Assembly: GCA_904063045.1 (NCBI GenBank)
Contig: CAJFCJ010000008.1
Span: 992,001-1,056,000 of the forward strand
Origin: Dimorphilus gyrociliatus
Lineage: Eukaryota; Animalia; Annelida
Length of the DNA stretch: 64,000 nucleotides
Direction of reading: 5' to 3'
The notes beneath the pieces were generated by a model. That model did no database searches. It had not been told where the DNA came from and saw only the letters and a list, made by a program, of their open reading frames with translations. This document shows positions 24,621-38,771 of the stretch, piece after piece. The translations under genes and the position numbers were made by a program. The first letter of the stretch is position 1, and each line of letters starts with the position of its first letter.

Positions 24621-25348
24621 AGAATACTTATAATTTACAACTTAAACTTTAGTCGCTTCAATGTGGAAAGTTTTTGCACATATTCCTTTTTCATTTCTTT
24701 AGTCTACAAAGTTCAAAATACTAAGAATTAGTTTTTAGAAAAGTTGATATTATTTGATATTCTTCTTAAACTGCTCTATTTCTTCAAATATCATATTGTA
24801 ATACGTTTTTTATCAACTTTATAAAGATCTTATACATTTTCTTTGGTTTTTCTTTTTCGAATGAAATATTTTTTTTATACGATAATTAAAAAAAAAAGTT
24901 TCTATTTCTCTTTGTAAGCAATACTTTTAATTTCAATAAAATTTGAACTTGTGAAAATGAACTCTACGAATGTGTTTATAAAAATAGTTGAGATTAGATT
25001 TATCTTTTCTCTTGTTACTTCTTTCATTGAAGAATGATTATCACTATTTTAGATATTTGAATAAATTTAAAAAATAATTGAAAAGTAGATATAAGTTTGT
25101 AGATTATTCTGAAGAAAGAACTAGAAAATAGTACATTTTAAAAATTGTTTAAAATAAAGAACAATACTAATTTGAATGCTTTTTATTATGCTTAATATAT
25201 TCTTTAATTTGAATAGAACATAAAAGGCATTTTTCAATTAGCTAATGATAATTTCTGATTAGAGAAATATTTTTAAATTTCCATTTATTTTCTTGTACGA
25301 AAATAACAATTACTATTTACGGATTAGCTTCCGTTTGATTCAGCGAAA

Positions 25349-27018
25349 ATGGTCTTGGAAAGTACAATGTTATGGTTAGTTTTACAGTTTTTTTCATTAA
25401 TTACATGAAATTTGTAAGTTAGTTAACCTATTAGTATTCGTAACTAATAGCGACAAAAAATTATATATTCCAGTATTACCTGTAGAAAAATTCTGTAGTT
25501 AAAAATATGCTATGTCATCATTCAAGCAGTTCTTTATTTCCGTTGAGCTTTTTAAACAACGTTTCATTATTTTCGGGATCAAGTATAAGCTAAACAATTC
25601 TTATTTATGGCGTTAGATCGTATTAATCATAGCTAATGAAATGTAAAAAATACAGATAATATTACAAACTTTATTGTAGTTTTATTATTCATTACAAGCT
25701 TTTATTTGACCTATTCATTAAATCTAATAATCATCTTTCTAAGAATGAACTAAATGACTTTCAATCGCAGTGTCGACAACAGTGATTACATGAGAAATGG
25801 CGATTTTGTTCCAACCCGTCTTCAGTCACAAATTGATGCCGTGAACCTTGTATGTCATTCTAAGGCTCGATCTAACCCAGAGAATAATGTCGGACTTTTA
25901 ACAATGGCGAATTTGCAAGTTTTAGTAACACTCACTTCTGAAATTGGTCGAATTCATTCTAAACTCGTGCAAGTTCAACCATCTGGAACTATTAGTATTG
26001 TGAAAGCTGTTCTAACCGCTCGTGTAAGTTATGTATATATATCTATGTGTAGTTTTCGAATAACAAAAAAAAATCCTCTTATTTTATGCACATGAGTTAA
26101 AACGAGAAAGTGATTTTTTACGATATATTAACATCTGCAGCTGGCTCTTAAACATCGTCAAGGAAAAAATCATAGAATGAGAATTGTCGTTTTCGTTGGA
26201 AGTCCTGTTCTTGATGATGAAAAAGAATTAACAAAATTAGCAAAGCGTTTGAAAAAGGAAAACGTCTCAGCAGATATCGTCAATTTTGGAGAAGAAAAAG
26301 ATAATACAGAAAAGCTTAAAGTTTTTATTAATACCCTAAATGGTAAAGATGGTACTGGAAGCCATTTAGTCACAGTGCCAGCTGGAACAATGCTATCGGA
26401 TGCTTTGATGTCATCAGCAATAATTGGAGGTGAAGATGGATCAGGTGTTCAAAGTATGGCAGGCTTCGAATTCGGCATTGATCCAAATGAAGATCCTGAG
26501 CTTGCTTTGGCCCTTAGGGTGTCAATGGAAGAGCAAAGAGCTCGGCAAGAAGCTGAGGCAAAAAAGATACAGGCCGACAGTTCACCTGCTGATGCAGCTG
26601 CTGTGCCTGGTAAGCATATGCTGTTATAATTTGTTATTAAATATTACAACTTTCATCTTTCTTAGATGCAGACGATCAAATGCTACAAAAGGCCTTGGAA
26701 ATGTCAATGGAAACTGAAGCGGCTGAGAGACCGAAAGAAGAACCAAACGTTGACGCTATGACTGAAGAAGAACAATTAGCTTATGCTCAGCAATTATCTC
26801 TTCAACAGCCTGAGGAACCGATGGATGTTGGCGAAAGGAGTAACACTGATGCCACTGAAGCAGCGGGTGATGATTACACCGAGGTTATGAATGATCCGGA
26901 ATTTCTGCATTCTGTTCTTGGAAATTTACCCGGCGTAGATCCAGAGTCTGAAGCCATCCGTAACGCCATGGATAGCATGACAAAGGACAAGAAAGAAGAT
27001 AAAGAGAAGAAGAAGTAA
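25349..27018 (+). CDS. PSMD4: 26S proteasome ubiquitin receptor Rpn10/S5a (vWA domain + UIMs)
   Basis: MVLESTM|[46 protein letters not shown] and [20 protein letters not shown]. Confidence 0.98.
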
Positions 27019-27144
27019 CCATTTTACGGACAACTTGTAAATTAAAAATAAAATTCATATTTCTTGACTTTTTTATCAGAAATATTGAGAAATCATTAAA
27101 TGTTTATTAAATTTATTGCTTATGAACATTCAATTAACATTTAG

Positions 27145-30100
27145 TTATTTAACTACGAGCGTGGATTGACCAGTACTTGTGATAACTTTCACCCTGTTGC
27201 AAGTACTCTTGAAATAAATTTCTTCAGATCGAAGAGAGCGGTATCCATCTAAGATAAAAGATAACAAAGTTAATACTTTCTAAAATCATTCATTCAACTA
27301 CCTAAATCTGAAATCTTTAAACCAATATCTGGTAGTGGAATAAGTCCAGAACTCATTGGTAAACCTTTACAGAGTACGTCGTGATTAATTTTACTGTCGT
27401 GCACTTCAAAAATACCTTCAAATGAGGAAAGAATTAGAAAATAAAAGCATTTTTAGCAATGAAAATTCTTACCTGAGGTCTGCCCAGAAAGCATCCAATA
27501 TTGATTGTTATGTCGATTTAATTCGTAAATAACATTACCGTTGTAAGAAGACGATAAACAAGTTATAATAATAACTAGATCGCACTCCCTACCACAGACA
27601 ACTTGATGTTCTGTTGAAGCTGTTTTAACTTCCACCTTTTACGAAGAGTAAAAATCAAGAGAATAAAGAGAATTCCTTTCTAATTTATACTTTTACCTCG
27701 AAGAGTGCTTCAATAAATTCTAGATTCAAATTTTGTCTACAAATACCTTCGAACGGTTCGTTGGGTATTGAATATTTACACACAAATTCACAAGGTTGGC
27801 ATTCATATTTTCCGTCAGTTTTACTTACTTCCAGCATAAATTTACCAGTTTTTGCAGGGCAGATATAAACCTTAATAAAGTATAACGCCAAATTAATTAT
27901 ACACCAAATATAACTGAAAAAAAACTGCAATTGTTGAGATTTGATACCTCTGACAATGTTCCTAAATTGACGAATGTTAGATTGGTAGATATTAATTCAG
28001 GTGATGATACTAACAGTGCATTATCGTGATTATTTCTTATGGTAATTTGACAAAATGTTCTGTATGAATTGAAAGTGTTTTAAGATAAAGAGAAATTATT
28101 ATCTTACAATAGCAAGATGATCTCTCTAGTTTATACATAATTTTCTATTATATTTATACAGTATATATTGTACGCATTTGTATATAAATATCTTTAAGTT
28201 TTTTCCTTTCTCTGCGGTTTCTAATGATATTAAATGCCAAAAATTTGATTAATAACATTTCTCTCTCCCTTTTATTATATATGACAAGTTTGGAGCATAT
28301 AATCACGTTCTATTATTTATATACAGCTGCTTATTATTATTAAGTTATTGTCAAAGAATATTAAGAACAGATGCTCACATTCCCTCTACTTACTAATCAA
28401 CGACAAACACAAATAGAATAAATGAAACTTACTTGTGACCAGACACTTTGAGTCTATGCTCAATTGTTAGAAGTTTCTGCATTTCCACACGAAACTGATG
28501 AGAACCTAGACATTCGTTTTCGAATGAGATAGCTATTGTAAAAAATTCTGCTATTGATGGAATTAAATTTGCGAGTATGTCAACTGTTTTTGCAGAAACT
28601 TCTTCGCATTTAAAAGGTTGAAGTGTGCAAGAACACTGTGATGTAAGTAAATCAACGAATGAATTATCTCCTTGAAATTGAATTACAAATGGAGTTTGTT
28701 CATGTGATTCAACGCTACCAGTATAAATATTGAATTCTAATTGCATAGGTATACCAGCAAAAAACCCTAATAAAAGAAAAAAGTAGAGATAATACACAAA
28801 TAATAGACAAAATTTAAATAAATTTAAATATTGATTTGTTTTTTAATTACCCCTGGTTTTTGACAAACTTATAGTAGGCTGTTTGTAGTCAACGTTGAAA
28901 TGTGTAATCAGGTCGGGTATATTTGAATTATTTATTGTTTTTATAAACATTAGACCATCAGTTTCGATATGTAATTGGCTTGATTGATAAAATCCTACTT
29001 GATCCATCTAATATTAAATAGAAATTATTAATAGCCATTGTTTAATCATTTCATTAATAATTATATACTTACCAAGCCCGTTAGAGTCAGGATATTCTCT
29101 CCCGGATTAATAACGGTTACGTTTTTTATAACTAAACTTTTAATATCTTTTCCGTCTGTGTCCTTAAGATTTTTAGAATTTTGAGGACTTATTTGATCTC
29201 TACATGTCACAGATGCTTTTAATATTGTATCATTCTTCTTTTCAACATCCCAAGACATATTTCTCATAACGTCGCTAACCGAATCCTGACTTACAACACT
29301 CGGTAAACTACTTCGCCTAGTCAAAGTATTCTTGTATTCTTCACGACAAGTCATTATCTTAATACTTTTGACTGTAACTGGCTCCGATAAATTATTGATA
29401 ATTTTAATTGTCATTTCACAAACTTCGGTCAAGGAAAAACAATCTTTTTTAGGTATCATACTTGCCAAATCGAATATTGGTCTACATCTTACAATCATAG
29501 GTTCTATTTTTTATAATATTTAAATAAAATTAATAATAATAAGTTACTAATCTTAAATCTTAATTAATTACCTGATACTCTTTTGGCAACTTCGAAAAAT
29601 TCAGATTGATAGTGCTTTCTTTTCGCTATCGGAAGGGATTTACTTGCGGCAACATACATACAAGATCTTGCATATACTGTATCTGAATTTAACTTCTTTT
29701 GGCATTCAACTATTTGTAATCTTGTATCATCGGCTAACCAATCCCATTTATCGGCTTTGAATGATTTTAGAGCTTCAGTTAATAGATTTTCAGCTTTCGC
29801 ATATTCTTTTTTTTCTCTATAATACAGTATCATTTATATGAGAAAACAATTTAAATGAATATTAAATGCTCACATGTAGTATAACGCCATCTCTCTTCCA
29901 ATCATTCTGGCAGATCGTAATCGTCCAACAGCCTTAAATATACCCATAGATAATTCACATTCTTCCTAAAAAGAGAATAACCAATGTTAAATTACTATAA
30001 ACTTAAAGAGAATTTTTAATTAATAATAATATCCATACCAAATAGGCTTTCTCTATTTCTTGTCTCGAATCCAGAGCTTTCGCAAAATTACAAACAGCAA

Positions 30101-32101
30101 CCGAATCTATTGCATAACAATGTTTTTTTTATTATAAATATTAAGAGTATTGTTTGTTTTTTATTCTTTTACCGTTTTTTGTTCGGAAGCAAGATTTCAA
30201 TTTATTTGCAAGATCTACATTATAGCTTTCATTACTTTTATCTGGAGTGGCATTTAAAATTTCACATAAACTCTTCATCTAAACAAAACAGAAATACCGA
30301 GAATAAAAATGATTAAATAATGTAAATTAAGAAAGTTTACTAACTTTTCTTCTGCCGTAATCTCTTAATAGAGCTATACTGAGAGCGTAAGATCTTTCTG
30401 ATTTATCCGGTACATTTGTATTGCAAGTATTGATAATATTAAGGCAAGTTTGAACTGCCCAGCATTCCTCTGCTCCTGGATATTTACTTTGAAGATTTAA
30501 CATTTTTATCTGAAAAAAAAGATAATGATAAGAACTTTAATTATCAATTTATACTCATATACTTCTAATATAGTGTTATAGATGAATGGTAGTGCCCTTT
30601 CTACAACTTGATGAGCTCGATTTAAGACAATCAATAATGTACATTGTCTAGAAAATAAATATACGCGAAAGTCTAAGAGCGATACGCATCTATCCTGTAT
30701 CTTTTTCCGTCTAAAAGAGAAACAACATAGAAAAATTAAGTACATCTATTTCTATTTGAAGATATTTTCATTTTCCTTACTTTAAAACATCAAATCTTAT
30801 ATTTAGATCAGCTCCTTCATATCTATCAATATCAACGTTAGCCATCTCTGTAATTAACCAATCAGGAGTTTCACCTTGACTATGATTTTGAATAAATTGA
30901 GTAAATAATGCATCCAGTTCGTCGTATTGTAATAAAGCATCATCGTAGAGCTTTAACATTTCAAACATGAAAGCTAGTTCTTCCTATAAAAGCGTACTGT
31001 TTAGTAAATCCTTGAATAAAATATATATATAATTTATTAAAACCTGCAAAAGGAAATAGTTAAAGAAACTCCATCCCAATTGATTTCTTCCTTCTCTTTC
31101 GGCTCTCATATTGTCTTCAAATTTCATTAAACAATTAGTAATACCATCCAAAAGTAGTTGTCGGGTTCTTTTGAAAACTAAAGCCCAACTCTCAGTTGCT
31201 TTACCATAACTTTTTAAAGGATCTGTTAAGATGATGCACTTTTCGGGACTTTTATTACAAAAATCAGCTTTTATTTTATCATAGACGGAATTTCGAAGTA
31301 TTTTGGCTTTGACTCTAGCTTCCTCCGTCATAACGACAATAACTAAAAAGTCTAAGATATTTTTCTCTCTTAAGGAAGCCAGCCAATCAATTAAATCCTT
31401 TTTAACTCGGGACTTATACTCATCCATATCCTGGATATAAGCAATTAATATTCAATATTTTTTATATAGTTAATTAATTGATTTACTTACGCAATCAACC
31501 CAGAAAATGTGAAAGAATGTTCTACCTAATAGATACCATGCATTATCATTTGGCAAACTATCTGCAGAGTAAGGTATAAAAGTAGCACTTAGGAAGATTT
31601 CTCTTGTTGGCCTTCCATGAGGTCTTGATAAAAAATATATTAGATTAATTGTATTTAATATTCTATTTTAAAGTAATTCGTTACCGAATCCAGTCAATAG
31701 GTTCCTTCGGCAGGCATGCTGTCATAGTATCCCCTAATTTCCTAAAAATTTCAGGATCTCCGGCCCCTATAGCAAATAGAGGATATTACTAAATAATTCA
31801 ATTATTGTAATTTATTTATCAACGGCAAGAACAACAGTTTTATAGAGTCATCTTTCTTTACTCTCCCTTTCAATACAAAACACTTTCAAAAAGGTAGGCG
31901 TTTTTAATGTTTTATTCGAATTGGTGTATAATTGTATTGCAAGTTTTAGAATAGAAAAATGAGTACAAAATAATATTAGATGTTCCCTATCATTTTATAA
32001 GAGTGAAATCATTTATTGCCTATTTGATAGTTGCCGATTTTTAAATAAGTTTTAAAATGCTCAACATTGAACTTACACATGACCATTGGTTTGTTTTCCA
32101 T
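27145..32101 (-). CDS. TRAPPC10: Trafficking protein particle complex subunit 10 (TRS130 homolog), many exons
   Basis: MENKPMVM|WAGD...LPKEPIDWIR, SVYDKIKADFCNK...C..L.DP, GWSFFNYFLLQ|EELAFMFEML...ALLQYDELDALF; C-terminal EIYFKSTCNRVKV; TAA at 27145-27147. Internal exon boundaries were only partly traced. Confidence 0.92.
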
Positions 32102-32711
32102 GACTGATTCTTTTGGAAAGATCGTCTCTTACACGCTTGATTTGCTGTTGCAGAAAATATTTCACAACATATCTTCCTATATTGCAATCTTTGTTCTTGA
32201 ATTCATCTTCTCTCAATAATGAATATCCGTTACAGGAAATCTGTATTGCTAAATTCGTCTGTCAGAGTTTTTTAAGCGAATTCTTTTCGAATTGTTTGTA
32301 GTCCATGATTTAGCGCCATAATTCTAAACTGAGCTGTTCATCCTATAATTAATAAATCCTCTAATTTCGACATCTAGCTATGCCTGAATGCAAAAACACA
32401 TCTGCTTACTAAAACTAAACTCTATTTTGAGAAATTTTATCAACATAAATATGAAGCAAGTTTGTTTTGTAATATTTTATGTAAAACTGATAAAAAACAA
32501 AGTCAAAATTATTAATACTGGTGATTGGTCCTTAAGAGATTCTGACCGGTTGATGCTAATTATAATAGTGTTATAAAAGTGTTTTTGTTGAAATAATTTA
32601 GAAAAATAAACTTCCCTCTAATAGAGAACCATCCTAAAACATTGCCACGGAACCCGATATGTTTTCAAAATTCTTTAAACTCTTTAGTATTTGAGGAATG
32701 AAAGCAAGGAT

Positions 32712-33944
32712 ATGTACTTTAAATCAATTACTCTCCTACTCTTGACAATATGTGGTGAGTTGAAAAATAGGGTTGAGATAATTATTAAATTTTAAAGTAA
32801 CTATTAAAAGAAGATAAGACTTCGAGTTGTACTGGAAATCGAACAAATCTGAGGTCTTTTGCGTGAACTGAATGTATTATCGTCCACACAGGGTCAATCT
32901 CATTTTCTCTGGAATACTTGGATCCTTTCCTAGAATTCAACCCATTCTCCCCAGTAAGCCTTCCTGATAGCGAAGAAGAGGTTGTTACAACCGAACCTAA
33001 AACCGTCTCACAAACGTGCAAAAGAAAAATATTTCCTTGGGATTTCATAGAAAAGAAAATTGTTGATGATAAACTATATTCTCGTAGTTGCAAACGTGTA
33101 AAATGCAATCCAAAAAACATAACGGATTTTTTAAATGCTAGAACACAAGTTCTAAATAGCTCTCAATCTATAAATACCTTCTCCATGAACAATAGGTCCG
33201 GTGATGTATGTGTGGTGGTAATGTTTTATGCCAATTGGTGCAGATTTTCAGCCAAAGCAGCCCCACATTACAATGCCCTTGGACGACTATTCTACAACTT
33301 AGATGTAGTAGCAATCGATGGTGTTCATTTTAATAAGTAAGTTCTATAAATTACTTCAAATACTATAACTAATAATCTATTTTTCTTGCAGTTTAAATCA
33401 AAAGTTTGGCACAGTTTCTGTTCCTAATATTGTTATATTACATAATTCCAAACCAATAGCGAGGTTTAATGGGTCAACTAGGAATTTAGAAAGTATGATA
33501 TACTTTGTAAGAAATGTTACAGGTAATTATATTCTAATGTATTCTATCAGTACCTTTAGAATAAATACTACATTATTTCATAAATAAGTGGAAAAAGCGG
33601 TGTGTTACAATCAAGTAACAAGTTACTTAGTTAGAGACAAACGCTTAACAGATGGCTGTAGTTGTTACAATTGTAACTTTTTAAGTGTTTTACTGTATAT
33701 TTCAATTTAACACTGTAAACTGATTTCTGGTATTGAAATAGGTTTAACAACCAACTATACAAATTGGACGTTGCTACCGGAAGATTACTTAGGACCAGTA
33801 CCAACCGTGGCTTTGGAAAAAACAGACTATTGTCTCTGGGGATCTTGGGCTTTTATTGTTATTATTTGTTTAAAAAAAATAACTAGTTTTGTTAAAACAA
33901 GAGCATTTCAAGGTGAAGTTGAAGTTCACAGACTTGAAAACTGA
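32712..33944 (+). CDS. TXNDC15: Thioredoxin domain-containing protein 15
   Basis: Signal-peptide exon MYFKSITLLLLTICG, then MFYANWCRFSAKAAPHYNALGR, KFGTVSVPNI...PIARFN, GPVPT and a C-terminal TM segment. Confidence 0.9.
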
Positions 33945-34157
33945 TTACTAGTCTTTAATAATTTTAATTTCTAATTAAATACAACTAAATCTGTAAATAT
34001 ATTTTTCCATGTTTAAATGACATATATGCTAACTAGTTCAATATTTTACTGGATTATCAGTTAAAATCTAATTGTCTTCTTTTGGATTTTTTTGCAATTT
34101 GAATATATCTTCCAAATTACCGAAATATTGCAATTTCTTACCAGTTATTTATGCACA

Positions 34158-35275
34158 ATGAAGAGTCAACGTAATTTCGCTCAGCAAAAGAAAACAGCTT
34201 TATCTGACGTTGACTTGAGTAGAAAAGGAAATATTGATCAATATATATTAGAACTTTTACAGATAGTCAATGACAGTGAAGATCTTTTTTCAACGAGTTC
34301 TTGTTCAGGAAGAATTACTTTATTTGAAGAAGTAAGATCTTGCAACATGTATTTATTAGTATGAAACTAATTATATATCTTTGACAGATATCAGGAAAGA
34401 AAAAGGGTTGTTCCTGGTTACACATATCACACGAAAAAGTACAATTTGAAGATATAGTAGGAGATTTTTTAGTTCAATAAAATTACTAATAGTGCACTTT
34501 AGTAGTCTCATTAAACATATATTACAGGAAAATGCTTTAAAAGAAAGTGTTGGAAACTCTTATATTAAGTTCGAACCTTTTGTGGCTCATATACAATGCA
34601 TAGACTTGGATCACGCACGTCGTCTAGTTAGTATAAAATTTTTATATTAATTACACAAAACTCTTTAATACTTAAACAATAGTTATCTGCTGCAAATGCT
34701 GCTGGCTACAGAAATTCTGGATTGACCATAGGCAAAAAAGATAGGATTCTTCTCGTAAATCTAAAAATATTAATATTATATACTGTATAATCTATAATAG
34801 TTTCTTTTCAGGCTATCAGAAGTACTCATACACTCCAAGTTCCTCTATCTTTAGATGGAAAACTGATAGTATCAAACGACGTAAGCAATCGTTAATTTAA
34901 GTGCGTTGAGAAGTGAAAGAATAATATTTATAAGCGTATGTGTATGTTTTATTACTATAGTATATCAAGCACGTTATTCGCTTAGTTAATGAAAAGATGG
35001 ATGAAAATATGAATTCGATAGATAGGTTTAATATTTATGCATAAATTAAAGAATATATATTAATTGTTAATTAATTTATTAGGTTAACTGGTTTAATTAG
35101 AGAAGCCATTAACGAATTTAATATGGCCAAAAGCGAAATTAATAAAGATACTAAAAGGAAGAGAAGACAGAAGATAAATAATGAAAAATCAAATTCATAT
35201 AAAGAAAACAATATTGTTGACAATCAAGATTTTTCTGAAGAATTGGTAGCAGATTTTTTTACAAGTGATCCTTGA
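34158..35275 (+). CDS. TYW3: tRNA wybutosine-synthesizing protein 3 (methyltransferase)
   Basis: DLSRKGNID...VNDSEDLFSTSSCSGRI, IKFEPFVAHIQC, AGYRNSG, AIRSTHTLQVPL. Confidence 0.93.
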
Positions 35276-35813
35276 AAGTATTACTTTACTGTTATCGTTT
35301 AAACAAATACCTTGTTTAAGTCTTTGTTTTGATAAAATACACTCGTTATTTTTTAAAAGATAACATAACTAAAGTTATATGTTAACCATTAGAAAGTAAT
35401 TAAAATGTATTGTTTGTCTTCTATGTTTTATACTTATGACCAATAGTTATGACATCACTACTTATAGCCTTCAAAAGACCTTCAAGTGGCATTCTAGGCG
35501 GGTTATGACCTTGGGGTAAAAAAAAAGAATATCATAATTAATCAGTAAAAAATTTATTGATCGATATTAAAAAATAAAATCAGCTGGCAGATTCTGAAGA
35601 GCAAAAGAGCATTCGATTTGTAAATAAATATTTTCTTGTCAGTGTAGGTTGAAGAACTTTGATATCGTTTAATACTTAGGCTGAACAGTGAACAGTTGAA
35701 CTATTGGTATGTGGGTCATAGGGAATTTGACTAGTCACGTCGGTTTACGCATTCAATACGTTAAACGCGATATTTCCGTAATTTTTACAAGAATTTTTAA
35801 AAATCAGCTGAAA

Positions 35814-37204
35814 ATGGCGACATCTGGGCATTTTAAGCGCCACCTACAAAAAACTTATACTTCCAACTCAATGGCTCGAAATAAATCTAGGGTACTTTTA
35901 TTCGATGTTGACAATACTCTAACTCCATCGAGAAATGTGAGTTAATTACTTTATTGATTAATTTGAACATAGAACTAATTGTTATAGTAGCGAGATCCTG
36001 GTTTTTTACTTCATACTTATTCGTACTGTTCATTTTTTTCGTTTGCAGAAAATAGAACCACATATGGAACAGTTAATGTTAGAATTACGAGAAAAGTTCC
36101 TTCTAGGAGTTGTTAGTGGATCGGACTTGCATAAAATTGCCTATCAAATGACGTCTTGCCCAAATAAAAATTCCTTTGATGAATGTAATATTTTAAAATT
36201 TTATATTAATCTCTCCTATTTTGAATACTTGAATCAATGTTTATTTACTTAAAACTCAATGACAACAGTATTTAAAAGATACAACTACGTATTCCTTGAA
36301 AATGGTCTTGTTGCTTATAGGCAAGCCGAGCTTATTTCAAAGAAAGTACGTATGCTGTTATTAGTAAAAGATACTGCTTATTATTACAATTAAGTTATTA
36401 ATTTTCTATTTTTTGACTTATTCCTCATTAAAAAAGTGTATAAGAGAATTTTTGGGAGAAACAAAAGTGCAGGAATTTATTAATTTAGCTCTTTCCGAAT
36501 TAGCAAAAATCACATTACCAGTTAAACGGTAAGTAATTAATATTAATATTTTAAAACATTTAATTAACTAATGAAATTGCTATTTTGCTTTTTTTTTCCC
36601 AAGTGGACATTTTATTGAATGTCGAACTGGATTAATAAATGTTTCACCTATTGGTCGGAGCTGTTCACAAGCGGAAAGAGAAGCTTTTGTAGAATATGAC
36701 AGGGTAAAGTCTCTTATTAATTCAATACATTTAAACTTCTCTAAGCATTCTTTCTTTATCAAAGGAATATAAGATAAGGGAAAAATTAATGACGAAATTT
36801 GGTGAAAATTATCCTGATGGCGAACTTTCCTTTGCCATTGGTAGAGATATTTTTTACTCTAGGAACATGTCTCTTTTACTTTACGAAACTTATCTATGTT
36901 TTAAATTATTCCAGGTGGTCAAATAAGCATCGACGTTTTCCCTACTGGATGGGATAAGACAATTTGTTTGCAACATCTTGTTGACGATGGCATTGAAGAG
37001 ATTCATTTCTTTGGTGATAGAATTTATCCCGTAAGCTTTTTCTTATTTCCCTAATCGAAGAGAATAAGATAAATCATTGTTATTATATTATAGGGAGGAA
37101 ATGATTGGGGAATCTATCACGATCCCCGAACAATAGGTCATATTGTTAAGAATCCTGATGATACGATGAGACAACTATTAGAACTGTTAGAAATTCTAGA
37201 CTAG
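35814..37204 (+). CDS. PMM: Phosphomannomutase (HAD family IIB, PMM1/PMM2-like)
   Basis: [63 protein letters not shown]...GGND; the start codon could be 35814 or 35871. Confidence 0.93.
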
Positions 37205-37358
37205 GCCTGCAAAAATTAAACCGTCATTTACATAATCTTACAATATTAAAATAATCATATTAAATATAGTATAACTTTGACTTTGGGATTATTTGAAAAA
37301 TCGCACTGTTTTTCTCTGGATCGAGCTTGAATAAATTTTCAATAAACGTTTAAATTTA

Positions 37359-38279
37359 CTACAATTTTCCTAAGCTTAAAGATTCCTTATAGTATATAAC
37401 TGTCATTTCGAAAACTATTTGATTCGATGATATCCTTATTATTTGAAAATAGATAATTTCCGATTTTGTTTCGTCTTGCCATGTTATTATCCTTAGTTTG
37501 TCACCCATCAAACACTCTCCTAATTGCAGTTTAAATGTATCTTTTATGTGATAGTGGCAAATATCACTATGGAAGAATCTATAGAAATTTTTAGATACCG
37601 CTTTAGCAGCGCAATCAAAACATAGCTTGTTATATTCAGAATGATTCAGGTGAAAATACCAGTCTATCTGGGACGATAGTACCATTGACGTGTCTTCAAA
37701 GGTATTTTCAGGTGGTGTTATCCTAGGTATTTTAGTGGATTGCTCAGGAACTCTTTCGTTATCGAACCATTCAATCATGTTCTTTGTTAGAATAGCAGGT
37801 TTTCTTGTAGCTTTATCAATAAGTACATGATTTGAGTATCCAACAAAGAATGGCTTATTATAAGAGGGATGTGTTAATTCGTATCGAATTACAAATGATC
37901 TCTGTCCACGACTATATACGGCACTATTATAAATAAAAACATCACCACTGTACTTTCCATATTGAAACTTCTTGTAAAATGAAACATCAATGTGACATTT
38001 TACTGATTGAACAACAAGGATATGTTTGTCGGAGTTAATGTTCAGTGTTTTCTCTTCTTGATACTTTTTAGGTTCAAATATTTTTTTAGTACCACAAACA
38101 ATTGTTATATTGTCTACAAGCCACGAATGAAAATTACCTATATTTTTTAAATACATATTATATATAAACTAGTAGTTATAATCGCAAATTATTTACAAAC
38201 CTTTACTATTGAAACAACGTGAATCAAAATCAGGAATTGTAGTTGCAGAAAAGTCAAAAACAAGTCTTGGTGCCGCCAT
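37359..38279 (-). CDS. Acyl-ACP/acyl-CoA thioesterase-like (double HotDog fold) protein, paralog A, 285 aa
   Basis: Exon 38279-38201 plus exon 38137-37359; SQIDWYFHLNHSEY resembles the acyl-ACP thioesterase D-x-D-x-x-x-H-x-N-x-x-x-Y motif; an N-terminal VLIDKATRKP strand is also present. Family call is from motif memory only. Confidence 0.62.
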
Positions 38280-38771
38280 TTTGATAAAAATGTCGTAATT
38301 TAGGACATATACTCTTAATATACTGTGTTATAGAATTAAAATTTATTTTACATATATATACATATTATCTTAGCAATTTAATAATGTAGCATTCATTCTT
38401 TTATTAAATGTTCTTTAAAATTAATGATTGTTGATATGTAACATATAGCAATCATTTCAAAAAGTAACTTTCTATTAGTAATTTCTTCCATATTTGAAAG
38501 TTGAGTATTTACAATTGTATTTGTTCCAGTTGTAACTTTTGAATATTTACTATTTGATAGTTATAAACATGCTTTTGGTAGAATCTGAAGAAATTTTTAG
38601 ATACTACCATAGTCTATTTTTTATTCAAATTTGACAAATAATAATGTATAATGGCAAGAAAAAGATAGAAAGATGATAATCAATCACAATCAATTCCTAT
38701 GGATATGAAAATATATTATCTTTGATCTTATTGAAAAACTGTTAAAGACAAATTTTCCTTTTAAAATTAGT

